Part shown: piece after piece, positions 48,024 through 58,487 of the stretch
Position numbering within the stretch: the stretch's first letter is position 1
Layout: each line of letters opens with the position of its first letter
Assembly: GCA_963820525.1 (NCBI GenBank)
Contig: CAWGAA010000001.1
Location: 1,536,001-1,600,000 of the forward strand
DNA from: an uncultured Spirochaetota bacterium
GTDB lineage: Bacteria > Spirochaetota > Spirochaetia > SZUA-6 > Fen-1364
Length of the DNA: 64,000 nucleotides
Direction of reading: 5' to 3'
Notes under the pieces: model-generated
Database searches by the model: none
Seen by the model: only the letters and a program-made list of their open reading frames with translations
Told to the model about the DNA's origin: nothing
Position numbers and translations under genes: made by a program

Positions 48024-48527
48024 CTACTGTTTTTCCTTGTCCTTGTACGGGACGATCTGGATCTCCATCTCGATGTTGAAGAAGTCCTTCTGGCCGGCCA
48101 CGTCAGGCTGACCCAGGGGGAAGAACAGGACCTTTTCCCCGAAAGACACCGGGATGCTGTAGAAGGTGGAGAAGTACTTCACCTCCTTCTCGGGCGGCTC
48201 CGAGAACCAGACCTGGCCTTGAGCGACGAGCAGGATATCGCCGTTGTCCTGAACATAGGGAGTGCAGATGAGGTAGATACGGACATTGTCCCCATCCAGC
48301 CGGACTCTCACCGCCCTTCCGGGAATAGTGAGCTTGGAGCTCTCCACGTTCCACACGGGCTCGCGATCCGCGGGAAGCAGGCGGGCCGAGATGTTGATCT
48401 GCAGGGCATTGGAGAGCAGCTCCTGGAGAGCATCCTTGAGGTTCATCTCCTGGGTCTGAGCGTTGGCTTGAGCCAGGGACAGGGCAATGAGAGAAAGAGC
48501 GAAAAGAGATTTCTTCGGTGCTACCAT
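48024..48527 (-). CDS. Hypothetical exported protein
   Basis: Signal peptide; overlaps the anti-sigma stop, in the rpoE operon. Confidence 0.75.
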   Translation of the reverse strand: MVAPKKSLFALSLIALSLAQANAQTQEMNLKDALQELLSNALQINISARLLPADREPVWNVESSKLTIPGRAVRVRLDGDNVRIYLICTPYVQDNGDILLVAQGQVWFSEPPEKEVKYFSTFYSIPVSFGEKVLFFPLGQPDVAGQKDFFNIEMEIQIVPYKDKEKQ

Positions 48528-49078
48528 GTCTTCTTCCTGAGAAACTCGGCTTCCTTTCCCATGAGGGGCTCGCCGACGGGCATGAGATGGAATTTCTTGG
48601 GCAACGTGATCACGTCGTACTCGCTGGAACTTTGGGTATCTATGGACTTCAGGAGCGTTTCCAGGTTTCCCACGGGCGCGGCGATCTGGATTTCCGTGCC
48701 GCCCGCGGGCGCCTTCGTGATCCTCACCAGGCCAATGTTGGAGCGCAGGAGCGCAACGGTGAGGGAAACGGCCAGCAGGAGAACGAGAGTGGCGACGATG
48801 GCGGCGAGGGGAAGCGGCACCGAGAGGCTCCTCTTCCAGAAGGGGATCGCGAAGCGGTGTCGGCCGCTTTGAGCGAGGAGCCGCATGTGCACCCGTTCCA
48901 TGGGGGCGCGCCAATTCGGCGGATCCTCGGACAGGAGGATTCGGCGTCCCTCCTCCATCCTGCCCAGCGCGCGTCGGCAGTCTTCGCATCCCTCCATGTG
49001 CCGCTCGACGACGGCTGCCCAGGGAGCCTGGACCTCCCCGTCCAGGTAGGCGGAAAGAATCTGACGGTCAGGACACAT
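48521..49078 (-). CDS. Zinc-binding anti-sigma factor (zf-HC2)
   Basis: CP..LSAYLDGE..HMEGCEDC plus TM helix. Confidence 0.88.
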   Translation of the reverse strand: MCPDRQILSAYLDGEVQAPWAAVVERHMEGCEDCRRALGRMEEGRRILLSEDPPNWRAPMERVHMRLLAQSGRHRFAIPFWKRSLSVPLPLAAIVATLVLLLAVSLTVALLRSNIGLVRITKAPAGGTEIQIAAPVGNLETLLKSIDTQSSSEYDVITLPKKFHLMPVGEPLMGKEAEFLRKKTW

Positions 49079-49607
49079 ACTGGTTACCCTCGGAAAACAG
49101 CTTCTCGAGCCTTTCTCTGGCCCGGAAGATACGCACCTTGACATTGCTTTCGCTGATGCCCAGAATCGCGCCGATCTCCTTGTAGCTGAGACCGGCGTAC
49201 TCGCGGAAAACCAGCGCAGCCCGCAGGTTGTAGGGCAGCGCGTCGAGGGCGCTCTGCACGCTGGAGCGGACTTCCTCGTCGATGAGCTTCTTCTCCCCGG
49301 ATTCGCTCACGCCCGTGGATAACTGCTTCAGCTTCGAATACGCCGCCTTCTCGCGCTTCTTCTTTTTCTCATAATTGAGAGAGAGGTTCTTCACCACACG
49401 AATCAGCCAATACTTCGATTGCTCCATGTCGGGGAGAGTGCTCGTCCGCTCCATCAGCTTGATAAACGCCTCATGGCACAGGTCTTCCGCGACTTCCTTT
49501 TCTCCGATTATCCGCAAAGAGACGCGGTATACAATAGGGAAGAGGTTCTGATAGACATCATCGAAGGAAGGCGAACGCGCATACTCCGTGCTACCCATCA
49601 TTAACAA
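49068..49607 (-). CDS. ECF RNA polymerase sigma factor
   Basis: AEDLCHEAF region 2; LSYKEIG..VKVRIFRAR region 4. Confidence 0.92.
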   Translation of the reverse strand: MLMMGSTEYARSPSFDDVYQNLFPIVYRVSLRIIGEKEVAEDLCHEAFIKLMERTSTLPDMEQSKYWLIRVVKNLSLNYEKKKKREKAAYSKLKQLSTGVSESGEKKLIDEEVRSSVQSALDALPYNLRAALVFREYAGLSYKEIGAILGISESNVKVRIFRARERLEKLFSEGNQYVS

Positions 49608-51049
49608 CTATTCCCTTGCGATGTTACAGTTTTTTCTCCTCTTTTGCCAGCGGCAATCCGTATCCTGGTCCCCGTTGCCTCGTCCTGCAGGATTATCCCC
49701 CGCGCGGACAGGAGGCCCCTGATCTCATCCGCGCGCGCCCAGTCCCTTCGCTTTCGAGCTTCCTCCCTCTCCTCGACGAGCCGGCGCGACTCCTCGTCCA
49801 GCTCAACGGGCGATTCTTCGGCCCGGACCAGGTCGAGGCCGAGAATCCTGTCCATGGCCAGAAGCGCCCCGAGCTTCGGCCCCGCCGCAACGGAAGAGTC
49901 CCGAACGAGGGTCCAGAGATCCGCCAGGCATTTTGGCATGTTCAGGTCCTCGGCGGCATGCGCCTCGAAGGCGTCGAGATATTCCCGGGCTTTGCTCGTA
50001 GGCTGGGCCGGCCCTCCACCCGCCTTCTTGAGCTGGGTCACCCGTTCCACCAGCCCCCGGCGGGCCGAGCGGGCGGCATCGAGGGCATCCAGGCTGAAGG
50101 CGAGCTGCGTCCTGTAATGGGCGCCCAGGCAGAAGTAGCGGTAATCGAGGGGATCGTAGCCCTCCTCCATGAGGGAGGAGAGCGTGATGAAGTTCCCGGC
50201 GGACTTGGCCATCTTCGCCTTGTCCATGAGGAGGAACTCGCCATGCAGCCAGCAGGTGACCCACTTCCTGCCCGTGGCCGCTTCGGACTGGGCGATCTCA
50301 TTGGTGTGATGCACGGGGATGTGGTCGATGCCGCCGCAGTGGATGTCGAAGCTCTCGCCCAGGTACTTCATGGACATGGCGCTGCACTCGATGTGCCACC
50401 CCGGGTAGCCCCTGCCCCAGGGGGAGTCCCAGAGCATGGCCTGGTGCTCGAACTTGGAGCGTGTAAACCAGAGGGCGAAATCTGCCGGGTTTTTCTTTCC
50501 GCTGTCCACGGCGATCCGGGCTCCCGCTCGCAGGGTTTGCTGGTCCAGCAGGGCGAGCTTCCCGTAGGCGGGGAAACGGCTGATATCGAAGTAGAGGTTG
50601 CCCTCAGAAAAGTATGTGTACCCGTTTGCTTCGATCCTCTTGATCAGCTCGATCATTTGCGGAATATGGTCCGTGGCCTTGGGCACGACGGTGGGCATGG
50701 CGCAGCCCAGGAGCGCGAAGTCCCGGAAGAACGCCTTGGTGTAGAACTCCGCAATCTCCCAGACGCTCTTGCCTTTCTCCCGGGCGCTCTTGAGGATCTT
50801 GTCCTCCCCCTCGTCGGCGTCATCGGTGAGGTGGCCCACGTCGGTCACGTTCATCACGTGCCTGACCCGATAGCCGAAATACTCGAGGGTTTTTCTCAGG
50901 AGGTCTTCGAAAACGTAGGTGCGGAGGTTTCCGATGTGGGCGTAGTTGTAGACGGTGGGGCCGCAGGTGTAAAGGCCGACGTTCCCCTGCTGGATGGGAA
51001 CGAAGGATTGAAGCTCCCTGCCCATTGTGTTGAAGAACTCAAGCTCCAC
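49601..51049 (-). CDS. cysS: Cysteinyl-tRNA synthetase
   Basis: [25 protein letters not shown]. Confidence 0.97.
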   Translation of the reverse strand: MELEFFNTMGRELQSFVPIQQGNVGLYTCGPTVYNYAHIGNLRTYVFEDLLRKTLEYFGYRVRHVMNVTDVGHLTDDADEGEDKILKSAREKGKSVWEIAEFYTKAFFRDFALLGCAMPTVVPKATDHIPQMIELIKRIEANGYTYFSEGNLYFDISRFPAYGKLALLDQQTLRAGARIAVDSGKKNPADFALWFTRSKFEHQAMLWDSPWGRGYPGWHIECSAMSMKYLGESFDIHCGGIDHIPVHHTNEIAQSEAATGRKWVTCWLHGEFLLMDKAKMAKSAGNFITLSSLMEEGYDPLDYRYFCLGAHYRTQLAFSLDALDAARSARRGLVERVTQLKKAGGGPAQPTSKAREYLDAFEAHAAEDLNMPKCLADLWTLVRDSSVAAGPKLGALLAMDRILGLDLVRAEESPVELDEESRRLVEEREEARKRRDWARADEIRGLLSARGIILQDEATGTRIRIAAGKRGEKTVTSQGNSC

Positions 51050-51136
51050 GATTCATCCTCCCCCTGGGCGGTTCTTCGTGAGGGTTTTACGCCCGGCCCG
51101 CGCGTGTAGACCTTTTGGCGGCCGGTTTGTACAATT

Positions 51137-52054
51137 TTGCTCGTGGGAAATGTACGGGAATTGGCGGGGAAAATCAAGATCGCGGGTCTTCTCACGGCCG
51201 ACGAGCCGCTGAGCGGGCACACCAGCTTCCGCATCGGCGGTCCCGCCGACCTATACGCGGCCCCCCGCTCGCGGGCCGAGCTCATCGAGCTGTACGGGCT
51301 GTGCCTGCGGGAGGAAGTGCCGTTTTTCATCCTGGGAGGGGGCTCCAACATTCTCGTCTCCGACCGCGGCATCCGCGGCCTGGCGATCGACCTCTCGCTG
51401 GTTCGCGGCATCGAGCGCGCGGAAGACAGTGTGAGCGCTCTGTGCGGCACGCCGATGAGCGACGTCTCGCAGTTTGCCCTTGCCCAGGGACTTTCCGGTC
51501 TCGAGTTCTGCTTCTCGCTTCCGGGAAGCGTCGGCGGCGCGGTATGGATGAACGCCCGCTGCTACGAGAGATCGATAAGCGATGTCCTGGCAAGCGCCGA
51601 GCACCTCTCGGAGGATCTCGCCGTCGCCAGGCGCCCGATGGCCTCCGGCGAATGGGGGTACAAGCTCTCTCCCTTTCAAAGGCTCAATGGAGTGATCCTC
51701 ACGGCATGCTTCCGGCTCACGGAGGGGGAGCCCGCCGCGATGGAGGAGGAAATGAGCCGCTTCCGGGCCGACCGCGAGAAGAAGGGGCATTTCCTTCACC
51801 CGTGTGCGGGAAGCATCTTCAAGAACAATCACGCGTTCGGCGCGCCCACGGGCAAGCTCATCGATTCCCTCGGTCTGAAGGGACTGCGCGCGGGGGGCGC
51901 CGAGATCGCGCCGTACCACGGTAATATCATCATCAACCTGGGGGGCGCCACGGCACGCGACGTTCTCACCCTCATCGAGACGGCGGAAAGCGAGGCTCTC
52001 GCGAGGCTCGGCCTCAGGCTGGAGAGGGAAATCGTCCTTGCTGGCGAATGGTGA
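51137..52054 (+). CDS. murB: UDP-N-acetylenolpyruvoylglucosamine reductase
   Basis: HTSFRIGGPA, GGGSN, PGSVGGAVWMNA, AGSIFKN. Confidence 0.95.
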   Translation: MLVGNVRELAGKIKIAGLLTADEPLSGHTSFRIGGPADLYAAPRSRAELIELYGLCLREEVPFFILGGGSNILVSDRGIRGLAIDLSLVRGIERAEDSVSALCGTPMSDVSQFALAQGLSGLEFCFSLPGSVGGAVWMNARCYERSISDVLASAEHLSEDLAVARRPMASGEWGYKLSPFQRLNGVILTACFRLTEGEPAAMEEEMSRFRADREKKGHFLHPCAGSIFKNNHAFGAPTGKLIDSLGLKGLRAGGAEIAPYHGNIIINLGGATARDVLTLIETAESEALARLGLRLEREIVLAGEW

Positions 52055-52060
52055 ACGCGG

Positions 52061-53038
52061 ATGATCCTCATCGTCGGACAGAACACGGCATGGCAGAAGG
52101 TCTGCTTCCTCCCCCGCCTCGCGCGGGGAGAGGTCAACCGCGTGCGGGAAGTCCACGCGTTTCCCAGCAGCAAGGGCCCCAATGTCGCCAGGGCCCTGGC
52201 CGGCGTCGGCCTTCAGGGCCTGGCGCTCGGCTATGTCGGCGGGGCCACGGGGAAGCTCTTCAGCGAAGGGCTCCGGCAGGAAGGGCTCGCCACCCATTTC
52301 ACGCCCATCCAGGGCGAAACGCGGATCTGCACCACCTACGCGGAGCACGACGGCCCTTCGACAGAAGTGATCGAGCCGTCCCCCGAGATATCGAGCGGCG
52401 AGCGGGAGCTGTTCCGCTCGATCTTCCAACAGCACATCGGGGAGGCGCAGCTTCTTTTCATCTGCGGCACGGTGGTGCACGGAGAGTCCGAGGATTGCTA
52501 CGCGGTGATGACGGCCGAGGCGCACAAGAGGGGAATCCCCGTGCTCCTGGACTCCTCCAGCCTCGAGGCCCGGCGCGCCCTGGCCCAGTCTCCCGAGATC
52601 CTCAAGGTGAACATGAAGGAGCTTGCCGAGGTGGCTGAAGGCGGCGTTGAAGAGCTGGGGGCCAGGGTGGAGGCGTACCGCCGCCTCGCTTCCGCCCACG
52701 GGATCCGGTGGTTCTTCACCACGCGCGGGCCGGAGGGGATGGAAGCATTCGATGGGAAGACCCTCCTCCAGGCCGCGCCTCCCCGGATCGTCGTGGTAAA
52801 CACCATCGGAAGTGGAGACGCGGCCTCCGCCGGCATCGGATGGGTCATTCTGGAGTGGACGTCGAAAGGAAGCGGCGAGGAGATCTTCTCCTCGCGGTCG
52901 TGCCTCGAGCAAGCCCTTGTCACGGCTACGGCAATGGGCACGGCGAACTGTCTCAACGTGATCAACGGCAGGGTCGAGATGGCGGATTTCAAGCTCATGA
53001 GGGAAAAAGTCGCCGTGCGCGAGGTCCCGCTTCCCTAG
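52061..53038 (+). CDS. PfkB-family (1-phosphofructokinase-like) sugar kinase
   Basis: KGPNVAR, KVNMKE, NTIGSGDA. Confidence 0.88.
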   Translation: MILIVGQNTAWQKVCFLPRLARGEVNRVREVHAFPSSKGPNVARALAGVGLQGLALGYVGGATGKLFSEGLRQEGLATHFTPIQGETRICTTYAEHDGPSTEVIEPSPEISSGERELFRSIFQQHIGEAQLLFICGTVVHGESEDCYAVMTAEAHKRGIPVLLDSSSLEARRALAQSPEILKVNMKELAEVAEGGVEELGARVEAYRRLASAHGIRWFFTTRGPEGMEAFDGKTLLQAAPPRIVVVNTIGSGDAASAGIGWVILEWTSKGSGEEIFSSRSCLEQALVTATAMGTANCLNVINGRVEMADFKLMREKVAVREVPLP

Positions 53039-53101
53039 TGGGGCTCGCCGGCAGGACTCTCGGCCACTATGACAATCCAGCCTTCATCAACGACGCGATT
53101 C

Positions 53102-54424
53102 TCACCTTTCTTGCCGCAGAACCATCCGGGTCCGCCACTCCAGCTTGAGCAAAAGCCGTGACAGGGGATCCTCGAGACCGCCGCCGAGAGGCATCCCCTG
53201 GATTCCGGCGCTCACGCTCGAAATGCCTTCTTTTCCCTCCGCCCGAAGGCTGAAGAGGGCGGTTGCCGCGCCGCCGCTTCTCGAGCCAATGGAGCCTTCC
53301 GCGGTGCAGAATATGCCCCTCCCCCCAAAGCCGATATCCCATGAGAGCTTTACACCCTCCCGCGCCACGGCAACGTCGATTGAGGACGGCTCTCCCTTCC
53401 GCGACCACGCCACGGCCAAGCGGCAATCGGCATTCTCCGTGGCACGGCCTTCGTGATCGAAGTCCGTTTCACTCTGCCCCCCGATCTGAAGCGCCAATCC
53501 ATCCCGAAGGCTTCCCCAAAGGACAGTCTCGAACGTGAAGCCCCTTTCCTGCCTGCTCTCCAGAAACGGGTGCCATGCGTACTCGGGGTGACCTATACCG
53601 AGCAGATACCGGAAAACAGCCGAGCCATCCTGACCCTTGATGCGAAGCCTCGCCCCACCGACGAGCCCTTCCCGGCTTCCCGTCCCGCGCATGGTCACGT
53701 ACTGCGGGGAAGCGGTCCCGAAAATGAGATCCGCTGCCAGCGATTCTCCTCCGAGGGCAAGCTGGGAGTCGAAAAGCACGCCTGCAGGCGCCCACTGGCA
53801 CTCCGACAGGCAGGCGGAGACCGAGAGGACAAGCGAAGGCGCCCGCCACGTCGCTCGCCCAGCAAGATGGAGGATTTCTCCGCCGGGAAAGGGGGGGACC
53901 CCGGCGAACCATTCCTCTCCCCAGCGCCGAGCAGGCGGCCGAGACAGCTCCACCAGCGCCTCGGCGCTCAGGCATGGGCCGGCTTGGAGGACCGCAAGGC
54001 CGCCGATCTGCGGCGACTCGCTCTGCCGGGAGAAGAGGGCGAGGCTGCCCGGCAAAGGGGCAAGAAACAAAGAGAGCCTGCGGCCCGGAGGAAGCGATCC
54101 ATCGACCGTCAGCTCTGTCTTCTCATCACTAACGCCGCTTCCCGGCCCATATCCAAGTGGATTCTCCGTTTCCCGCAGGAGACCCGCCGGTGAGAGCGGG
54201 CCGAAGCGCACCCAAGGGGAGGAGAAACCGAAGGCCAGCGACTCCGGGGACCGGAAGGCGCTCTGGTAGAGGAGGATGAGGCGGGAGGATCCCCCGGTGA
54301 AGCTGAGCCGCAGCGCCCCCTCCCCGTCCATCCCCGCGGTGGAATCCACGCCCAGCGCGAGGGGAGAAGCGGCCGCGCGGACCCCCCAGAAGACGAGGAA
54401 TATGAACGCAGCCCGCGTTGGCAC
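53102..54424 (-). CDS. Hypothetical exported/outer-membrane protein
   Basis: Long ORF filling the gap; putative GTG start with signal peptide; start uncertain. Confidence 0.55.
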   Translation of the reverse strand: MPTRAAFIFLVFWGVRAAASPLALGVDSTAGMDGEGALRLSFTGGSSRLILLYQSAFRSPESLAFGFSSPWVRFGPLSPAGLLRETENPLGYGPGSGVSDEKTELTVDGSLPPGRRLSLFLAPLPGSLALFSRQSESPQIGGLAVLQAGPCLSAEALVELSRPPARRWGEEWFAGVPPFPGGEILHLAGRATWRAPSLVLSVSACLSECQWAPAGVLFDSQLALGGESLAADLIFGTASPQYVTMRGTGSREGLVGGARLRIKGQDGSAVFRYLLGIGHPEYAWHPFLESRQERGFTFETVLWGSLRDGLALQIGGQSETDFDHEGRATENADCRLAVAWSRKGEPSSIDVAVAREGVKLSWDIGFGGRGIFCTAEGSIGSRSGGAATALFSLRAEGKEGISSVSAGIQGMPLGGGLEDPLSRLLLKLEWRTRMVLRQER

Positions 54425-54614
54425 GCTACAATCAACGGCTGCGCAATCCCCCGCGCTTGCGACATGGCGGCTTGTGACCCGCCCGCCTGCGGCCCCCGCG
54501 CTTGCGACTTGACCACTCGCGTGATTCTCGATACTACTCAAATCGCGCTCCCGGCGATCCCCAGCGGCCTGCTGTCGGCATCCACGCCATCGAGCGCAGT
54601 CAAGGAGACGAGGG

Positions 54615-55955
54615 ATGGATATCCTTACCCTCAACTGCGGCAGCTCTTCGCTGAAATACCAGCTCTACCGCTGGGAAAGCAGGGAAGTCCTGGCCCGCGG
54701 TATCGTAGAGAGGGTCACTGTCGGCGGTTCCTACATCAACCACTACTCGGCCAAGGCCGGGAAGAGCATCCGGGAAGACCACGATTGCCCCAACCACAAG
54801 GTGGCCATCGAGCTCATCACCGAGACTCTCCTCAATCCCGAATATGGCGCCATCAAGAGCCTCTCCGATATCAAGGCGGTGGGCCACCGGGTCGTCCACG
54901 GAGGGGACAGGTTCGCGAAGTCGGTGATCATCGATGAGGCCGCTCTCTCCGCCTTCCGGGAGCTCTCGGACCTGGCGCCCCTGCACAATCCTCCCAACAT
55001 CACGGGAATCGAGGCGGCCCAGGAGGTCCTCCCCGACGTTCCCCACTGCGCCATCATGGACACGGCATGGCACCAGACCATGCCGGAGCGCTCTTTTGTC
55101 TACGCCCTCCCCTATTCCTGGTACGAGAACTACAGGGTGCGCAGGTATGGATTCCACGGCACCTCGTTTCTCTACGTGTCCAAGCGCGCCGCGGTCCTCC
55201 TGGGCAAGGACCCATTCGCCACAAACCTCATCTGTTTCCATATCGGAAACGGAGTCAGCGCCAACGCCGTGAAAAACGGGGTCTCCATCGACACCTCGAT
55301 GGGCTTCACCCCCCTGGAGGGGCTGGTGATGGGCACGCGCGCGGGGGATCACGACGCGGCCATCGGCTACTTCATCATGCGCAAGGAAGGGCTTCGCCCC
55401 GAGGCGATGGAGAGCATCCTCAACAGGAAGTGCGGGGTGCTGGGGATCACGGAGAAGTACACGGACCGCCGCGACATCGAGATCGCCGCCTCCAAGGGCG
55501 ACGAGCGGTGCCGCCTGGCGATCGAGATCGAAGGCTACCGCCTGAAGAAATACCTCGGCTCCTATTACGCCGCCCTGGGCAAGGTGGACGCCATCGTCTT
55601 CACGGCAGGCGTGGGAGAGAGGGGCCCGATCATCCGGGAGAAATGCCTCGAGGGCCTGGAAGAGATGGGGATCGTCCTGGACCGGAAGAAGAACGATATC
55701 TCCCTCACGAGGAACGCCGAAACCGAGATCACCGGGAAAGGCTCGCGCACGCGCATCTTCGTCATCCCCACCGACGAGGAGCTCGTGATGACCGAGGATA
55801 CCCACGCCCTTCTCACGGGGAGCTACGATATCCACACCCATTTCACCTATTCCTTCCAGTCCAGGGGCTATACGAACAAATCGCGGGATGAGGGCTTTAA
55901 AGAGGAGCTGAAGGAGAAAAAGGAGCTGGCGGAGATCATCGCCAGGGCTCCGTGA
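54615..55955 (+). CDS. ackA: Acetate kinase
   Basis: NCGSSSLK, GHRVVHGG, APLHN, YGFHGTS, MGFTPLEG, IPTDEE. Confidence 0.97.
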   Translation: MDILTLNCGSSSLKYQLYRWESREVLARGIVERVTVGGSYINHYSAKAGKSIREDHDCPNHKVAIELITETLLNPEYGAIKSLSDIKAVGHRVVHGGDRFAKSVIIDEAALSAFRELSDLAPLHNPPNITGIEAAQEVLPDVPHCAIMDTAWHQTMPERSFVYALPYSWYENYRVRRYGFHGTSFLYVSKRAAVLLGKDPFATNLICFHIGNGVSANAVKNGVSIDTSMGFTPLEGLVMGTRAGDHDAAIGYFIMRKEGLRPEAMESILNRKCGVLGITEKYTDRRDIEIAASKGDERCRLAIEIEGYRLKKYLGSYYAALGKVDAIVFTAGVGERGPIIREKCLEGLEEMGIVLDRKKNDISLTRNAETEITGKGSRTRIFVIPTDEELVMTEDTHALLTGSYDIHTHFTYSFQSRGYTNKSRDEGFKEELKEKKELAEIIARAP

Positions 55956-55971
55956 TGGACGCCGGAGAGCC

Positions 55972-57066
55972 ATGCACGAATACTTCACGCTGAAAAAGCC
56001 GCTTATCGCCAAGGAGCTCGCCGGAGTGCTCGCAGAGCTGGAGCCGGATCTCGCCCGCGTCAACCGCTGGGCGGAGGATGCCACCGACCGCCTGCTCGCC
56101 TTCGCCGTCCAGGGCAAGATGGTCCGGGGAGGCCTGCTCATCCTCTCCTACGAGATGTTCAATGGAAGCGAATCGCCCGATGGTCGTCCCCGCGCATCCC
56201 GGAAGGCGCCCCGCCCCGTGCTCAGGGCCGCCGCGGCGCTGGAGATCATCCACTCGGCTCTGCTCATCCACGACGACATCATGGACAACGACCGCCTGCG
56301 GCGCGGCTTCCGAACGATCTTCGCCCAGTATGAAAGCATCGGAGCGCGCTCCCGCGCCTGCGACCCCGAGCGCTTCGGGCGGAGCATGGGGATCTGCGCC
56401 GGAGACATCGGGTTCTTCATCGCCTCCGACATCCTGGCGCGGCTCGCCGTGGATCCGGAACGCAGGGTCGCGCTCCAGGGGCTCCTGGCGCGGGAGCTGG
56501 CCTACGTGGGCCTGGCGCAGATGCAGGACGTTTCCTTCGGAGCGTTCGCGCGCACGCCTCCCGTGCACGATGTCTACACCCTCTATCTTTACAAGACCGC
56601 CCGCTACACCATCTCCCTTCCCCTGATGTCGGGCGCTCTCCTGGCCGGAAAGTCGGGAAAGACCCTGGCCCGCCTCGCCGAGCTCGGTGAATACCTCGGA
56701 GTCGCCTTCCAGGCGCGCGACGACGAGATCGGCGTCTTCGGCACGGAGAGGGAGACGGGCAAGCCCGTAGGGTCCGACATCCGGGAGGGCAAGAAGACCC
56801 TTCTCTACCTGGAGCTTCTCCGCCGCTCGCGCGGGGCGGAGAGACGCCGCCTGGAGGAGATCTTCGGCAAACCCACCCTGGAGCCTTCCGATGTCGCCCT
56901 CGTTCGCGCCGCGATCGAGCGCTCCGGCGCGCGCCAGCGCCTGCAGGAGATGATGGAGGAGCTCTCCGCCCGGGCGGAGAAGCTCATCGATTCGCTTCGC
57001 ATTTCTCAAAACTTCAGGAGGATACTGAAGGAAATCTGCGCCGTCGGCATCCGGCGCAGCAGGTGA
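55972..57066 (+). CDS. Polyprenyl diphosphate synthase (GGPPS-like)
   Basis: GKMVR, IHDDIMD..RRG, KTARY, FQARDD. Confidence 0.92.
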   Translation: MHEYFTLKKPLIAKELAGVLAELEPDLARVNRWAEDATDRLLAFAVQGKMVRGGLLILSYEMFNGSESPDGRPRASRKAPRPVLRAAAALEIIHSALLIHDDIMDNDRLRRGFRTIFAQYESIGARSRACDPERFGRSMGICAGDIGFFIASDILARLAVDPERRVALQGLLARELAYVGLAQMQDVSFGAFARTPPVHDVYTLYLYKTARYTISLPLMSGALLAGKSGKTLARLAELGEYLGVAFQARDDEIGVFGTERETGKPVGSDIREGKKTLLYLELLRRSRGAERRRLEEIFGKPTLEPSDVALVRAAIERSGARQRLQEMMEELSARAEKLIDSLRISQNFRRILKEICAVGIRRSR

Positions 57067-57186
57067 CTTCCGCCGCCGTCGGGTGCGCCCTGCGCCTCGC
57101 GTCATCGGAGCGTTCAACGCAGTCCTCTCCTTGCCAGGTTTGACACCGCCGGAACGCGGGACTACAATTTTCCCCAGAGGCCGATT

Positions 57187-58482
57187 TTGGCGGATTCCAG
57201 GAAAAAGCTCTTCAAGGCGGGAGCGCTCATCTACATCGAGACCGATGAAGACAGCGACGATGTCTTCATCCTCGAGGAGGGCGAGGTGGAGCTCGGCGGC
57301 GCGGCAGGGATCAAGCATTTCCGGCCGATGCTGAAACCCGGCGACATCTTCGGCTCCACCTCGTGCCTCTGCCGGCGGCCCCGCATGGAAAGCGCGAGGG
57401 CCACATCAGACTCCACCGTGGTGGTCCTGGAAAGAGAGACCTTCCTCGGGCTGGTCCAGTCCAAGCCGGAGCTCGCATCCAGGATCATCTCCTATTTCGC
57501 GGAGGAGCTTCGCGCCTACGACGAGATGATCGTGGGCCCCTCCACAGCGGACTTGAGCGGCGAGGAGGCGCGGCTCTTCGAGCTGGGGGGGCTCTTCCTG
57601 CGGCGTGAGATGACCTCCTACGCCTGGCACGCCTTCTCGGCGTACGCCCGCTGCTTCCCCACCGGCCTCTACGCCGAGGAAGCCCGCAAGCAGCTGGCCG
57701 CGCTCAATCAAAGGGGGGTGGCGGCTCCCGCTCCTGTGCAGAGGGGATTGTGCCGTGTCTTCGGGGACCGGCAGATGGTCTTCTGCGAGCACGAGCCGGG
57801 AGAGGAGCTGTACATCATCAAGGCGGGCAAGGTGGAGATCCGAAAGACCACCCCTTCCGAGGAAATCCTTTTGTCCATCCTTCGCGAGGGTGACATATTC
57901 GGCGAGCTTTCCATCGTCTCGCACAAGCCGCGAAGCGCTTCGGCGGTGGCTACGGGAGAGGCGACGATCCTTCCCATCACGGGGCAGTCCCTCTCCGTCG
58001 TGTTCGAGCGGTCCCCCGCAATCATCGCGCGGATCCTCATCGCGATAAGCCAGAGGATCTGGTTCACTTTCATCCGTCTGCAATCGCGGCTCTTCGAGAA
58101 TCCGCTCACGCGGACCTACGTGCTCCTGGAAAACAAGCTGCTGGAGGAACGGGTCTCTCTGGTCAGCACCAAACCCGTCAACCTCCCATTGAGCCTCGAG
58201 GAGATCCTGGCAATGTCGGGCGTGCCCCTCGGACAGCGGGAAGGCCTCAAGTCGGCGCTCACGGACGACCCCAACTTCAGCTTCCACTTCCGCCAGCTCA
58301 CCGTGGAGAGCCCCAGCGTTCTTGCAACCAGGGCCCGCTACTATCGCACGCGGGACCACCTGGAGATTCCCGAGCTTGATCTGGCGGCAAAGACCCAGAA
58401 AAGGCGGCCGGCCGCGCCCCGGACCATCGGGCTCGATCCTCATGAGCTTCGGGTCCCGCCCGAATCGATTCCTGAAAAGTAG
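57187..58482 (+). CDS. Tandem cNMP-binding domain protein (paralogue of 45049..46281)
   Basis: PGDIFG, EPGEELYII, GDIFGELS..KPRSASA, QRIWF; TTG start. Confidence 0.87.
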   Translation: MADSRKKLFKAGALIYIETDEDSDDVFILEEGEVELGGAAGIKHFRPMLKPGDIFGSTSCLCRRPRMESARATSDSTVVVLERETFLGLVQSKPELASRIISYFAEELRAYDEMIVGPSTADLSGEEARLFELGGLFLRREMTSYAWHAFSAYARCFPTGLYAEEARKQLAALNQRGVAAPAPVQRGLCRVFGDRQMVFCEHEPGEELYIIKAGKVEIRKTTPSEEILLSILREGDIFGELSIVSHKPRSASAVATGEATILPITGQSLSVVFERSPAIIARILIAISQRIWFTFIRLQSRLFENPLTRTYVLLENKLLEERVSLVSTKPVNLPLSLEEILAMSGVPLGQREGLKSALTDDPNFSFHFRQLTVESPSVLATRARYYRTRDHLEIPELDLAAKTQKRRPAAPRTIGLDPHELRVPPESIPEK

Positions 58483-58487
58483 GGGAG

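Noticed and set aside
54448..54508. 16-bp direct repeat cccccgcgcttgcgac upstream of ackA
   Set aside because: Two copies only, GC-rich, and no function can be supported.
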